From NCBI GenBank assembly GCA_963662545.2, contig CAXXLL010000002.1:1888001-1952000 (forward strand): a stretch of DNA of 64,000 nucleotides, written 5' to 3'. The notes below the pieces were generated by a model. The model did no database searches. It was not told where the DNA came from and worked only from the letters and a program-made list of their open reading frames with translations. This document shows, in pieces, positions 1 through 9,151 of the stretch. Position 1 is the first letter of the stretch, and every line of letters begins with the position of its first letter. Origin of the DNA: Gammaproteobacteria bacterium (GTDB lineage: Bacteria > Pseudomonadota > Gammaproteobacteria > Ga0077536). The translations under genes and the position numbers were made by a program.

Positions 1-210
1 GAATCGATATTCGGCTACACCATCACTGCCAACGACGCACTGCCGATGGAGAATTACTGCGCGACCGTGATGCTGTCCGACACCGGCGACGGCGGCACCA
101 ACGTCAGTTACGGCAGCAACTGGGATCCGAAAGGCATCGAAGAAGACGAATTACGGACGATGTTGGAGGGTCTCTACGGCGCCATTCTCGACGGGATCGC
201 CAAGGGGTGA
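1..210 (+). CDS. SRPBCC/START-like (polyketide cyclase) family protein, 3' part only
   Basis: Frame 1 is open from the window edge: ESIFGYTITANDALPMENYCATVMLSDTGDGGTNVSYGSNWDPKG...LEGLYGAILDGIAKG, TGA at 208-210. The pattern is typical of an SRPBCC C-terminus. Not in the ORF track. Confidence 0.65.
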   Translation, partial: ESIFGYTITANDALPMENYCATVMLSDTGDGGTNVSYGSNWDPKGIEEDELRTMLEGLYGAILDGIAKG

Positions 211-251
211 GTCGGAAAAGAGAAAGCCATTTAACATGGCTTTCTCCCGAC
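211..251 (+). terminator. Stem-loop directly after the stop codon, possible terminator
   Basis: GAGAAAGCCAT-ttaac-ATGGCTTTCTC, flanked by GTCGG/CCGAC; no strong U-tract. Confidence 0.4.
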
Positions 252-452
252 GAACGCCCGCACAAGGATGTGCGGGCTGGTGCCAAACGAATACCGTTGA
301 GTACCGCCAGGGATGGCAGGCACCCACCTTCGAAACTACTCCAGCCTGCATTCAAACAAAGCCCAAAACGTACCGCCAAGGATGCCAGGCAGAAAACGAT
401 TGATGAGCCCTGTCTGCCAGCAAACCGGCTCCAACGGTAGATTCGACCAGTC

Positions 453-1469
453 TTACCTGAAGTTCGGCATCACTTCACGCGCGAACAGTTCGAGCGACCG
501 CGTGCCCTTAGCCGGGTCTAGACCCGGAAATTGCGTGCCCAGAATGAAATCCGTGCACCGATATTCGTCCCGAAACGCCTCTAGCTTTGCCGTTACCTGA
601 TCTGGCGTGCCAATCATGAAGTGATCCGCAAGAACCGAGTGACGCATGTCGGCGGGCTTGGTCACGGGCAACGGCGCGTCGTCACCTTCGGCATCTTTCG
701 CGTTCGACAGGATGTCGTGATAGAACTCGAGCATGTGGAAGAGGTGATCCTGGCACTCGTCCCAGGCCTCGTCTTCGCTTTCCGCGCAATAGACCATGCG
801 TAGCTGCGCGATCTTGAAGTCGGCCGGATCGTGACCCTGTTCCTTCAACGTCTCGAGATACAGCGGGGCAGGATCGGGCCCGATGGTTCCCATCAGGTGA
901 TAGCCCAATTCCGCGGCCTTTTTGATCGCCTTGGGCGCGCGCGCTCCGATCCAGATCGGCGGGTAGGGCTGCTGTACGGGTTTCGGCGACAGACGTGCAT
1001 CTTTGAGTTGTGTGTACCTGCCGTCATAGGTCACGCGCTCCTCAGTGAACAGACGCTTGATGATGTCGATGCCTTCGCGCATGCGCGATCCGCGCTCGGA
1101 GCGATCCATGCACAGCGCGTTGAACTCGTGGTAGGAATACCCCTGACCGATGCCGAAGTCGAAGCGGCCATCGGAGAAGATGTCGACATTGGCGACTTCC
1201 TCGGCAACCAGCATGGGATGCTGATAAGGCAGCAGTAGTATGAAGGTGCCTATGCGAATGTCCTTGGTGTGGGTTGCAACGGCCGCCGCCGTGGTCATGA
1301 GTGAAGGGTTGTAACCGTCGTCGGTGAAATGGTGCTCGGTCAGCCAGACGTTGTCGTAGCCGAGCGCTTCGCCGCGAACGATCTGTTCGAGAATCTGCTC
1401 GTAGAACTCGGGAAACGGCCGCCGCCATTTCACGGGATTGCGGAAATCCTCCATAAAGCCAAAACGCAT
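453..1469 (-). CDS. LLM-class flavin-dependent oxidoreductase (luciferase-like)
   Basis: MRFG...GYDNVWLTEHHF, GRFDFGIGQGY, PKPVQQPYPPIWIG, SLELFAREVMP. Confidence 0.9.
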   Translation of the reverse strand: MRFGFMEDFRNPVKWRRPFPEFYEQILEQIVRGEALGYDNVWLTEHHFTDDGYNPSLMTTAAAVATHTKDIRIGTFILLLPYQHPMLVAEEVANVDIFSDGRFDFGIGQGYSYHEFNALCMDRSERGSRMREGIDIIKRLFTEERVTYDGRYTQLKDARLSPKPVQQPYPPIWIGARAPKAIKKAAELGYHLMGTIGPDPAPLYLETLKEQGHDPADFKIAQLRMVYCAESEDEAWDECQDHLFHMLEFYHDILSNAKDAEGDDAPLPVTKPADMRHSVLADHFMIGTPDQVTAKLEAFRDEYRCTDFILGTQFPGLDPAKGTRSLELFAREVMPNFR

Positions 1470-1522
1470 GTTCTTCTCCGTCGTTGAGGTGGAAGCGGGT
1501 GCTTAAGTTCGCCGAAGAGCGG

Positions 1523-2689
1523 TCAAAACGAACGCGGCAGGCCGAGTACTTTTTCTCCGATGAAATTGAAGATCATCTCGCGGCTTACGGGTGCGATGCG
1601 CGCGATCATAATCTCACGCATGTAGCGCTCGACGTGATACTCCTTGGCATAGCCCATGCCGCCGTGCGTCAGGACCGCCTGTTCGCAGGCCTTGAATCCC
1701 GCTTCACCGCCTAGGTACTTGGCGGCGTTGGCCTCGGCGCCGCATTCCTCCCCGGCGTCGTACTTGGCCGATGCGTTGAACGCCATCAAGTTGGCGGCTT
1801 CGAGATCCATCCAGCATTTTGCCAGCGGGTGTTGAATCGCCTGATTCATACCGATTTTGCGTCCGAAGACTTCGCGCTCGTTGGCATAATCGACCGCACG
1901 CTTGAGCGCCGCACGACCGAGCCCCACGGCCTCGGCGCCGACGAGAATGCGCTCGGGGTTCAAGCCGTGCAGGAGGTAATAAAAGCCTTTGCCTTCCTCG
2001 CCGATCAAATCCTCCTGCGGCACCGGGAGCCCATCGTAGAACACCGAATTGGAATCGACGGCCTTGCGTCCCATCTTGGCGATCTCGTGAATCTCGACGT
2101 AATCCCGGTTCAGATCGGTGTAGAACAGCGAGATGCCGTGGGTCTTTTTCTTCACTTCCTCGCGCGGGGTGGTACGCACGAGCAGCAGCACTTTGTTCGC
2201 CCGCTGCGCCATCGAAGTCCAGTGCTTCTGACCGTAGATCAGGTAACCGTCACCGCTGCGTTCCGCGCGCGTCTGAATGCTGGTCGTATCCAGACCGGCG
2301 TTGGGTTCCGTGACTCCGAAACAGGCGTTGTCCCGGCCCTGCAGCAGCGGTACGAGCATGCGCTGTTTCTGATCCTCGGTACCGAATACCACGACGGGAT
2401 TCAATCCGAAAAGGTTGAGGTGTATGGCTGACGCGCCGGTGAAGCCCGCACCGGATTCAGCCACTGCCTGCATCATGATGGCGGCGTCCGTGATGCCAAG
2501 CCCGCTGCCGCCGTATTCCTCGGGCATGGCAATGCCCAACCAGCCGCCTTCACGTATTTTGTCGACAAATTCCTGGGGGAATCGCCCTTCATTGTCGCAA
2601 TCGAGCCAGTAATCGGCGTCAAATGCATCACACAGCTTGAAGATGGCTTCCCTGATAGCGCGCTGGTCTTCGGAAAAACTGAATTTCAT
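1523..2689 (-). CDS. Acyl-CoA dehydrogenase family protein
   Basis: PEEYGGSG, FGVTEPNAGLD, REVFGRKIG, THGGMGYAKEY. Confidence 0.92.
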   Translation of the reverse strand: MKFSFSEDQRAIREAIFKLCDAFDADYWLDCDNEGRFPQEFVDKIREGGWLGIAMPEEYGGSGLGITDAAIMMQAVAESGAGFTGASAIHLNLFGLNPVVVFGTEDQKQRMLVPLLQGRDNACFGVTEPNAGLDTTSIQTRAERSGDGYLIYGQKHWTSMAQRANKVLLLVRTTPREEVKKKTHGISLFYTDLNRDYVEIHEIAKMGRKAVDSNSVFYDGLPVPQEDLIGEEGKGFYYLLHGLNPERILVGAEAVGLGRAALKRAVDYANEREVFGRKIGMNQAIQHPLAKCWMDLEAANLMAFNASAKYDAGEECGAEANAAKYLGGEAGFKACEQAVLTHGGMGYAKEYHVERYMREIMIARIAPVSREMIFNFIGEKVLGLPRSF

Positions 2690-2904
2690 ATGCCCACCCC
2701 GAGATCGATGAGGAGCCGCCGTACGGGCGGCCTTACCGGCGCTTTTACATCACCGGTGCCGGCGGCAATAATATCAGGACACTGCCTCTCTTCGTGAACC
2801 CGCTCCGGGGAGAGGAGATGCAAAACATTGCGAAAACCAGGTCGATGGAGCGAAGGTCCTACGCTCGAGATTCAAACCGGCTTCAAAGGCAGAGGAAAAA
2901 CAAC

Positions 2905-4071
2905 ATGTTCGTCGCGACGAAAGACAAAATCATGCCCACAGTCATGGTCGGGTCCTTTCCGAAACCGACCTGGTTCAACCAGAACCTGTATGGGCGACCG
3001 TTCAAAGTCGCTATGGGAGATTCGCTATACCGGGAGCAGTATCTCGATTCGGTCGCCTGCTACATCAGTGAACAGGAGCGCTGCGGCCTCGACATTCTGG
3101 TCGACGGCGATACCCGCTTCGATCTCGAAGTCGGCGGGCGCTCGTGGTTTTTCTATACCATCGAGCGCCTGAATGGCATTACGGGTTTTCGCGACAGCAC
3201 CCATTTTCTCGACTACGGCGACATGAAGCCGGGACACATCCTCTACGAGGTACAGGAATCATGGCATCCGCCGACCGTAACCGAAAAGATCACGCGCGGC
3301 GCTCTGCATTTCACGGCCATCTGGAAAACCGCGCAGAAAATGACCGAGCGGCCAGTCAAGTTCGGTTCGATATGCGCAACCTGTCTGCCGATGATGTTGT
3401 GGAATGATTATTACGACAACGATCGCGACATGATCATGGACATCGCCACCGCGCTGAACGAAGAGTACCGGGAACTCGCCGATGCCGGCTGCCCCGTGAT
3501 TCAAATCGAGGAGCCGGTGCATCATTTCAACTGCAACGCCATACCGCCCTGCAGCGACGATGACCTCGCGTTCTACACGGAGGCCTTCAACCGGCAGGTC
3601 GAGGGCGTCAACACCGAGATCTGGGCCCATACCTGCTGGGGTAACCCGAATCAGCAGAGTTTCTACTGGGAGCGCCCGAGCTACGAGCGATCACTGCCGT
3701 ACTTCCTCGAGATGAACTGTGATGTGTTGATGCTGGAAGGCGGTAGCAACCAGGCGCGGGATATCGCGCTCATAAAGGACCACACTACCGACAAGAAGAT
3801 CGGGATCGGCGTGGTCGACCACACGCGCACCACGGTCGAATCGCCCGAGCAGGTGGCGGAGACGATTCGCCATGCGCTGGAATATGTGCCGCCCGAGCGC
3901 TTGGTCATCACGGCCGACTGCGGTTTCGGGCGCGAAGGGCTGTCGCGGCGAATCGCTTTCTACAAGTGCGTCTCGGTAGTCATGGGGGCGAACATCGTGC
4001 GTAAGGATCTCGGACTGGACGAGGCCTATGTACGTGTCGCCGATCCGGCTTACGCGTTCAATGAAACTTAG
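2905..4071 (+). CDS. Cobalamin-independent methionine synthase II (single-barrel MetE-like) family protein
   Basis: VGSFPKP, GLDILVDGD, IQIEEP, Zn ligands in HTCWGN and ADCGFG. Start moved to ATG 2905 after AGAGGA. Confidence 0.85.
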   Translation: MFVATKDKIMPTVMVGSFPKPTWFNQNLYGRPFKVAMGDSLYREQYLDSVACYISEQERCGLDILVDGDTRFDLEVGGRSWFFYTIERLNGITGFRDSTHFLDYGDMKPGHILYEVQESWHPPTVTEKITRGALHFTAIWKTAQKMTERPVKFGSICATCLPMMLWNDYYDNDRDMIMDIATALNEEYRELADAGCPVIQIEEPVHHFNCNAIPPCSDDDLAFYTEAFNRQVEGVNTEIWAHTCWGNPNQQSFYWERPSYERSLPYFLEMNCDVLMLEGGSNQARDIALIKDHTTDKKIGIGVVDHTRTTVESPEQVAETIRHALEYVPPERLVITADCGFGREGLSRRIAFYKCVSVVMGANIVRKDLGLDEAYVRVADPAYAFNET

Positions 4072-4187
4072 GCTGGCGTCGGAAGATATCCGACCTGGGA
4101 GCCCGCTCGAGAACGCATAATCGGTTCCGATCCAATCGACGACATAGCGGCGTAGCATCGCCACCACGACCGAAACTGGAGTGATCC

Positions 4188-5189
4188 ATGAATCCGTATC
4201 ACCTAACACCCGAAGATGAATCCAGCCATCCGCCGACGCGGGATACAAATTTCAACGAAAGCGTCTATGTGAACGGCTTCGATGTAGAGCGCCGCTTTGG
4301 CGGCTGGATGCGGATCGGCAATCGCGTCAACGAAGGTCATGCGGAAGCCCAGGTGTGTATTTATCTACCGGACGGCCGCATCGCCTGCCAGTTTCTGCGC
4401 CCGGAGATCACGGACAACGAGGCGTTTGCGGCGGGCGGTATGGAGTACCGCGTGATCGAACCGATGAAGCGGGTGGCGATGAGCTTCGAGGGGGAATTAA
4501 TGGTGCTCGAAGACCCGGCCCTGTTGCGTGAACCGCGGCGCCTGTTCGTCGAGGCGCCGCGGCTGCCGGGCCGGATCACCTACGAACTCGAGGGCGTATC
4601 GCCGGTACACGGCGGCACGCCCATCGATGATGAGCAGGATACGATGTATGGCCGTGATTTCTCGCTCGGCCACTTTTTCCAACACGCGCGAACGGTCGGC
4701 CGCATCAGCGTCGGCGGCGAGTCCTGGGAATTCGAGGGCTTCGGTTGGCGCGATCATTCCTGGGGACCACGCTTCTGGACCAATATTCACTACTACCGGC
4801 TGCTGATCGCCAACTTCGGCGCCGATCGCGCCATGATGCTGCTCAAGATCACCGGGCGCGACGGTGTCACGCGCCGGCACGGTGTGCTGCAGATCGGTAC
4901 CGATTACGAGGAGATCACCGATCTCGACCTGTTCACCGATTGGACCGACGCAAAGGATCCGGCCTCCATTCAACTCGGCGTCCGCACGGACAATCGGGCG
5001 GTGCGGATGTCCGGACGTGTGCTGCGGCTCGCGCCACTCAAGAATCGGCGCAAGGTTAACGGTGAAGTCTTGCAGTCGCGCATCGCCGAGAGCTTGACCG
5101 AGTGGGACTGGGACGGACGCAAGGGCATCGGCATGACCGAATACATCGAATTTCTAGAAGACGGGGAACCCGTCGGATACCCGCTATAG
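4188..5189 (+). CDS. Conserved hypothetical protein, tocopherol cyclase/AttH-like beta fold
   Basis: FNESVY, HFFQ..RTVG, GWRDHSWGPRFW, GIGMTEY; RBS GGAG upstream. Confidence 0.7.
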   Translation: MNPYHLTPEDESSHPPTRDTNFNESVYVNGFDVERRFGGWMRIGNRVNEGHAEAQVCIYLPDGRIACQFLRPEITDNEAFAAGGMEYRVIEPMKRVAMSFEGELMVLEDPALLREPRRLFVEAPRLPGRITYELEGVSPVHGGTPIDDEQDTMYGRDFSLGHFFQHARTVGRISVGGESWEFEGFGWRDHSWGPRFWTNIHYYRLLIANFGADRAMMLLKITGRDGVTRRHGVLQIGTDYEEITDLDLFTDWTDAKDPASIQLGVRTDNRAVRMSGRVLRLAPLKNRRKVNGEVLQSRIAESLTEWDWDGRKGIGMTEYIEFLEDGEPVGYPL

Positions 5190-5271
5190 TCGGAGTCTGC
5201 GTCCGGCCGGGGCACCTTGGCACGGTACGCTACGATGGGCCGTTTAGATAAGCACTCAACGGGGAATCATT

Positions 5272-5898
5272 ATGAGACATGCAATAGCAACAATAGCGAT
5301 GATTGCGTTGCTCGCCGGATGTTCGAACGAAGAAACGAATCAGGTACAAGCCGATCTACCGATCGACAAGGGCAGCGTAAAAGCGGGCGCCGGTAGCAGC
5401 GTATCAATGAACGGCGACGCGCTTGCCCTCGCCGGGACAGGCATCGTGGAAGTCGGCAAACCACTTCCGGCTGCGATCGTGTCCTCCAACGAGCTCAAGC
5501 CAGTCAATATTACCGAGGCCAGCAGTAAGGTCCGCATCATCAGTGTGGTGCCGTCGCTCGATACACCCACCTGCGATAAGCAAACCCACGAACTGTCAGA
5601 AGATAACGACGGGCTGGACAAGCAAGTCGAGCTCATCACCATCAGCATGGACCTGCCCTTCGCGCAGTCGCGCTTTGCCACCGAAGCGAAGATTAGCAAC
5701 GTTACCTTTTTATCCGACTACAAAAACAGAGAGTTCGGCAATAATAACGGCCTGTTGATCGAACCGCTTGCTCTGTTGGCACGCGCGGTCATTGTTATCG
5801 ATCAAGACAATATCGTGCGCTACCTCCAGGTCGTGCCGGAAATCACCGCACTGCCTGACATGCAAGCGGCGATGCAAGCGGCGCGTGATCTGCTCTGA
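5272..5898 (+). CDS. tpx: Thiol peroxidase (Tpx family) with lipoprotein signal peptide
   Basis: VPSLDTPTCD, SMDLPFAQSRF, LLARAVIVID; N-terminal lipobox LAGC. Confidence 0.88.
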   Translation: MRHAIATIAMIALLAGCSNEETNQVQADLPIDKGSVKAGAGSSVSMNGDALALAGTGIVEVGKPLPAAIVSSNELKPVNITEASSKVRIISVVPSLDTPTCDKQTHELSEDNDGLDKQVELITISMDLPFAQSRFATEAKISNVTFLSDYKNREFGNNNGLLIEPLALLARAVIVIDQDNIVRYLQVVPEITALPDMQAAMQAARDLL

Positions 5899-6078
5899 GC
5901 GCTTATAAGAAGGATAATCCGGCGACGATACCCAGGTAATTCGCCAAATTGGACGTAATTCACCAGTCGTAATGCACGCCTGCGACCAGCGGTGTTCGCG
6001 GCCCGCGGGCCCAATATCGGTCTGATCGAATATGATTCGCTGATGGCGACGTTCGAAATGTTCGACTAAAGCAGTCCA

Positions 6079-6444
6079 ATGGCCCACGACCAGCCCGACG
6101 TTCCCGAACTGATCGATACAGTACGCGAATTCCTGGACGGTATTTCAGCGAAGCTCGACGGACAGGATCGCTACCACGCCCTGTGTGCCGTCTATCTGCT
6201 CGAGATCGTCGAACGTGAACTCGCCGAGTGGCGCCGCGGTGAAACGGCCGACGACCGGCGCCTGCGCACGCTGGCCAAGCTCCCGGATGCGGCGGTGGAT
6301 TCACTCGCGGAACGCTTGAGCGCCGACATCCGCGCGGGGAAATTCGATGAAACGATGGACGAACTACTGGCTGCGCTGACCGAACACGTGGTTGCCAAGG
6401 TCAAGGTTTCCAGGCCTGCCTATCTCGATCCCGAGCATCGGTAA
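6079..6444 (+). CDS. DUF6285-like hypothetical protein
   Basis: DQPDVPELIDTVREFL...IVEREL...IRAG...KVKVSRPAY pattern recalled for this family. Confidence 0.65.
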   Translation: MAHDQPDVPELIDTVREFLDGISAKLDGQDRYHALCAVYLLEIVERELAEWRRGETADDRRLRTLAKLPDAAVDSLAERLSADIRAGKFDETMDELLAALTEHVVAKVKVSRPAYLDPEHR

Positions 6445-6487
6445 GTCGCCACTTCGCCAATGCCAAAACCTGAGACCTCGCACACGC

Positions 6488-7261
6488 ATGACTGACGAAA
6501 AAATTAAATTCTCCATCGCCGACGGCATCGCGCGCATCGTCCTCGACGATCCGGACAACCACAACGCCGTCGGTTCACGAATGACGCGTGAATTGGCGAG
6601 CGCGGCAATCGCCTGCGAGGCAGAGCCGGGCCTGCGCGCGGTGTTGCTGACGGCGACGGGCGAGCAATTTTCCGTCGGCGGCGATCTGAATGAATTCCTG
6701 CGTGAGCGCGATCACATCCGCGATCACATCCGCGAAATGGCGACTTATTTTCACCTCGCTATCACCGTGCTCAACCGGCTCGAAGCGCCGGTCGTCGCCG
6801 CGATCAATGGCATCGCCGCAGGTGGCGGTTTCAGCCTGGCGTGTATGTCCGATCTCGCCATCGCGAAACGCTCGGCGAAATTCAACCTGGCCTATACCCG
6901 CTCGGGGCTGACCCCGGATGGCGGTTCGTCGTGGTTTTTGCCGCGCCTGGTCGGTGCCCAGAAGGCGTTCGACATCATGGCGACCAACCCGACGCTTTCT
7001 GCTGAGAAGGCTTGCGAGCTCGGCTTGATCGCGCGCGTGGTGGATGACGACCGCTTCGAAGAGGAGGTCGAGGCGATTTTGCAGACGGTCGCGAACTCAC
7101 CGTCCAACGCGGTCGGCCGTGCAAAACGCCTGTTACGGGCAAGCCTCTGCAATTCACTCGAACAACAGTTGGAGCTCGAGTCGTATTCCGTCGCGTCGAT
7201 TGCCTCGAGCCCGGAAACGCTGAAAACCCTGGAAGCGTTTTTCGAACAGCGCAAGAAGTAG
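6488..7261 (+). CDS. Enoyl-CoA hydratase/isomerase family protein
   Basis: FSVGGDL, AAINGIAAGGG, GLTPDGGSSWFLPRLVG. Start set at MTDEKIK. Confidence 0.9.
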   Translation: MTDEKIKFSIADGIARIVLDDPDNHNAVGSRMTRELASAAIACEAEPGLRAVLLTATGEQFSVGGDLNEFLRERDHIRDHIREMATYFHLAITVLNRLEAPVVAAINGIAAGGGFSLACMSDLAIAKRSAKFNLAYTRSGLTPDGGSSWFLPRLVGAQKAFDIMATNPTLSAEKACELGLIARVVDDDRFEEEVEAILQTVANSPSNAVGRAKRLLRASLCNSLEQQLELESYSVASIASSPETLKTLEAFFEQRKK

Positions 7262-7273
7262 GCCTAGAACGGC

Positions 7274-9031
7274 ATGTCCCGCTCCATGCAATGGGTATTG
7301 TTATGGGCGTCGGCGAGCACCGTGGCCTGCTTATTCGCCCTGTCCTGGTTGCCCGCAGCGTTCGACGGCGACACCTACACGCCGATCGGCGCCGACTCGT
7401 TTTATCACGCGCGCCGAATTCTCGACACCGTCGCTGATCCGCATGCCTTTTATGAATTCGATACCGCGATTCATGCACCCGAAGGCAGCCTGCTAACCTG
7501 GCCGTGGGCCTACGATCGCATCGCGGCCGGGATCGTAGCCGGCGCGATGAAGCTCGGCGCGGCAGCGGACCCGATGGCCGTTCTCGTCTACCTCCCGGTT
7601 GCCATGGCGCCGGTCAGCGTCGGCCTGGTCATCGTCCTCGGATTGCTCAGCGGGCTCCCGCGCTGGGGTGTCGTCGCGCTGGCGTCGGCTTATGCGATTT
7701 CTCCCTTGACCCGCGAGCTTCACGCCGTGGGGCGTATAGACCACCACTTCGTCGAGCATTTTTTCTTTCTGGCGTCACTCTGCGCCGGCATGGCCTGGTT
7801 GAAAGCACCAAGCTCGGCGCGTGCCGTGGTGTTCGGCGCGGTGCTCGGCATCGCCCCCGGCTTTCACAACGGATTGTTCGTCCTGCAGGCCTTTCTCGGC
7901 GGCACCGTCGTCCTCTTGTGGCTGCGGGGACTACTCGAACTCCGCCAAACTGAATCATGGTTCGCTGCTGCGCTCGTCGTCTCATCGCTAGCCATACTCC
8001 TGCCATCGGAGCCGTTCCGCGCCTTCGAATGGGCGTTTTACTACCTGGGATGGTTTCACCTGCTGGCGGCGATTCTGAGCGCTACGCTGGTGTGCTGGCT
8101 TGCGCGCCGAGGACCGAACCGCTTCAATATCTTGCTGTTGACTGCGGTATCGATCGCCATCGGGTTCCTCGCCTGGAGCCAAATCGGCCACGGCGGGCGG
8201 TTCGTATTTGCCAACATGCCGGCGCTTAGCGACGTCACGGAATCGGCCAGCCTGATCGAGATCCTCGGGGCGGGGAGGGCGGCCTATCTCACGGAGCGCT
8301 ATACATTCATGATATGGCTTCTTCCGGTGATAACGCTCGGTCTTGCCCTCACCGCCATCCGCAGCCGGGCACCCGATCGCGTCCTGCTCACTGTTACGCT
8401 TCTCGGCGGCGGTTTTCTGATGCTGCAGCAATTGAGACTGCACTATTTCGGATACTTGGTGCTGATGCTGCCGCCGCTTCAATGGGCGGCGACGCGAAAG
8501 AAAACGCTGGCCGCGGCCGCTGGCGCAGCATTCCTCGCCGCGCAACTGCCTGCCGTCATGGATTTCGGCACCCATCCCGTACTTGCGGGCGATCGAAACT
8601 ATGCCGTCAATCGCGGCCTGATCCTTGAACTCGGCGAACGCTGCGCGGCTGATCCAGGCGTCGTCCTGGCGCGCTTTGGGGATGGACATTACCTGCGGTT
8701 TCACACGAACTGTGCCGTGATCGCCAACAACATGATCATGACCCGCCAGCACCTCGAGCGCATCGCGCTCACGGAAACCCTGTTCGATCTGGCGCCCGCC
8801 GTGCTACGCGCCACCTACCCCTGGATCGATTACGTTTATCTCTGGCGCCAGGACAACCCGCTGAATCGCGCGGACAGCGAGGCGAACGACCTGCATACGT
8901 CAGCGCTCGCGCGAGGCTTGCTGATGAATTCCTCCATGCCGGAGGGCTTTGAGCTGATCGGTGAAACCGCGTTGGAGTGGCCGGACGGCGAGCGCGTCAC
9001 CTTCGCGCGGGCTTTTCACATCTCGCACTGA
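7274..9031 (+). CDS. STT3/AglB-like (GT-C) integral membrane glycosyltransferase, divergent
   Basis: Many hydrophobic helices; GADSFYHARRI, GRIDHHFVE, DVTES, and RFGDGHYLRF...VIANN at the WWDYG position. Confidence 0.65.
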   Translation: MSRSMQWVLLWASASTVACLFALSWLPAAFDGDTYTPIGADSFYHARRILDTVADPHAFYEFDTAIHAPEGSLLTWPWAYDRIAAGIVAGAMKLGAAADPMAVLVYLPVAMAPVSVGLVIVLGLLSGLPRWGVVALASAYAISPLTRELHAVGRIDHHFVEHFFFLASLCAGMAWLKAPSSARAVVFGAVLGIAPGFHNGLFVLQAFLGGTVVLLWLRGLLELRQTESWFAAALVVSSLAILLPSEPFRAFEWAFYYLGWFHLLAAILSATLVCWLARRGPNRFNILLLTAVSIAIGFLAWSQIGHGGRFVFANMPALSDVTESASLIEILGAGRAAYLTERYTFMIWLLPVITLGLALTAIRSRAPDRVLLTVTLLGGGFLMLQQLRLHYFGYLVLMLPPLQWAATRKKTLAAAAGAAFLAAQLPAVMDFGTHPVLAGDRNYAVNRGLILELGERCAADPGVVLARFGDGHYLRFHTNCAVIANNMIMTRQHLERIALTETLFDLAPAVLRATYPWIDYVYLWRQDNPLNRADSEANDLHTSALARGLLMNSSMPEGFELIGETALEWPDGERVTFARAFHISH

Positions 9032-9151
9032 AGTCTGGCAGCAGCGCTAGTTGTCTTCACGCGTGGACAAGCCATCGCGGATTCATTATCGTCCGGATCG
9101 ATACGCCGTAACCGGAGCGCGATTCGCCGATATCGCGCGCAGGAGGAAACC

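Noticed and set aside
301-391. 22-bp direct repeat considered as a mini CRISPR array
   Set aside because: Only two short imperfect copies, with no cas genes or leader.
6708-6734. Tandem GATCACATCCGC repeat inside the enoyl-CoA hydratase gene
   Set aside because: An in-frame 12-bp duplication (DHIR twice) with no further copies; trivial.
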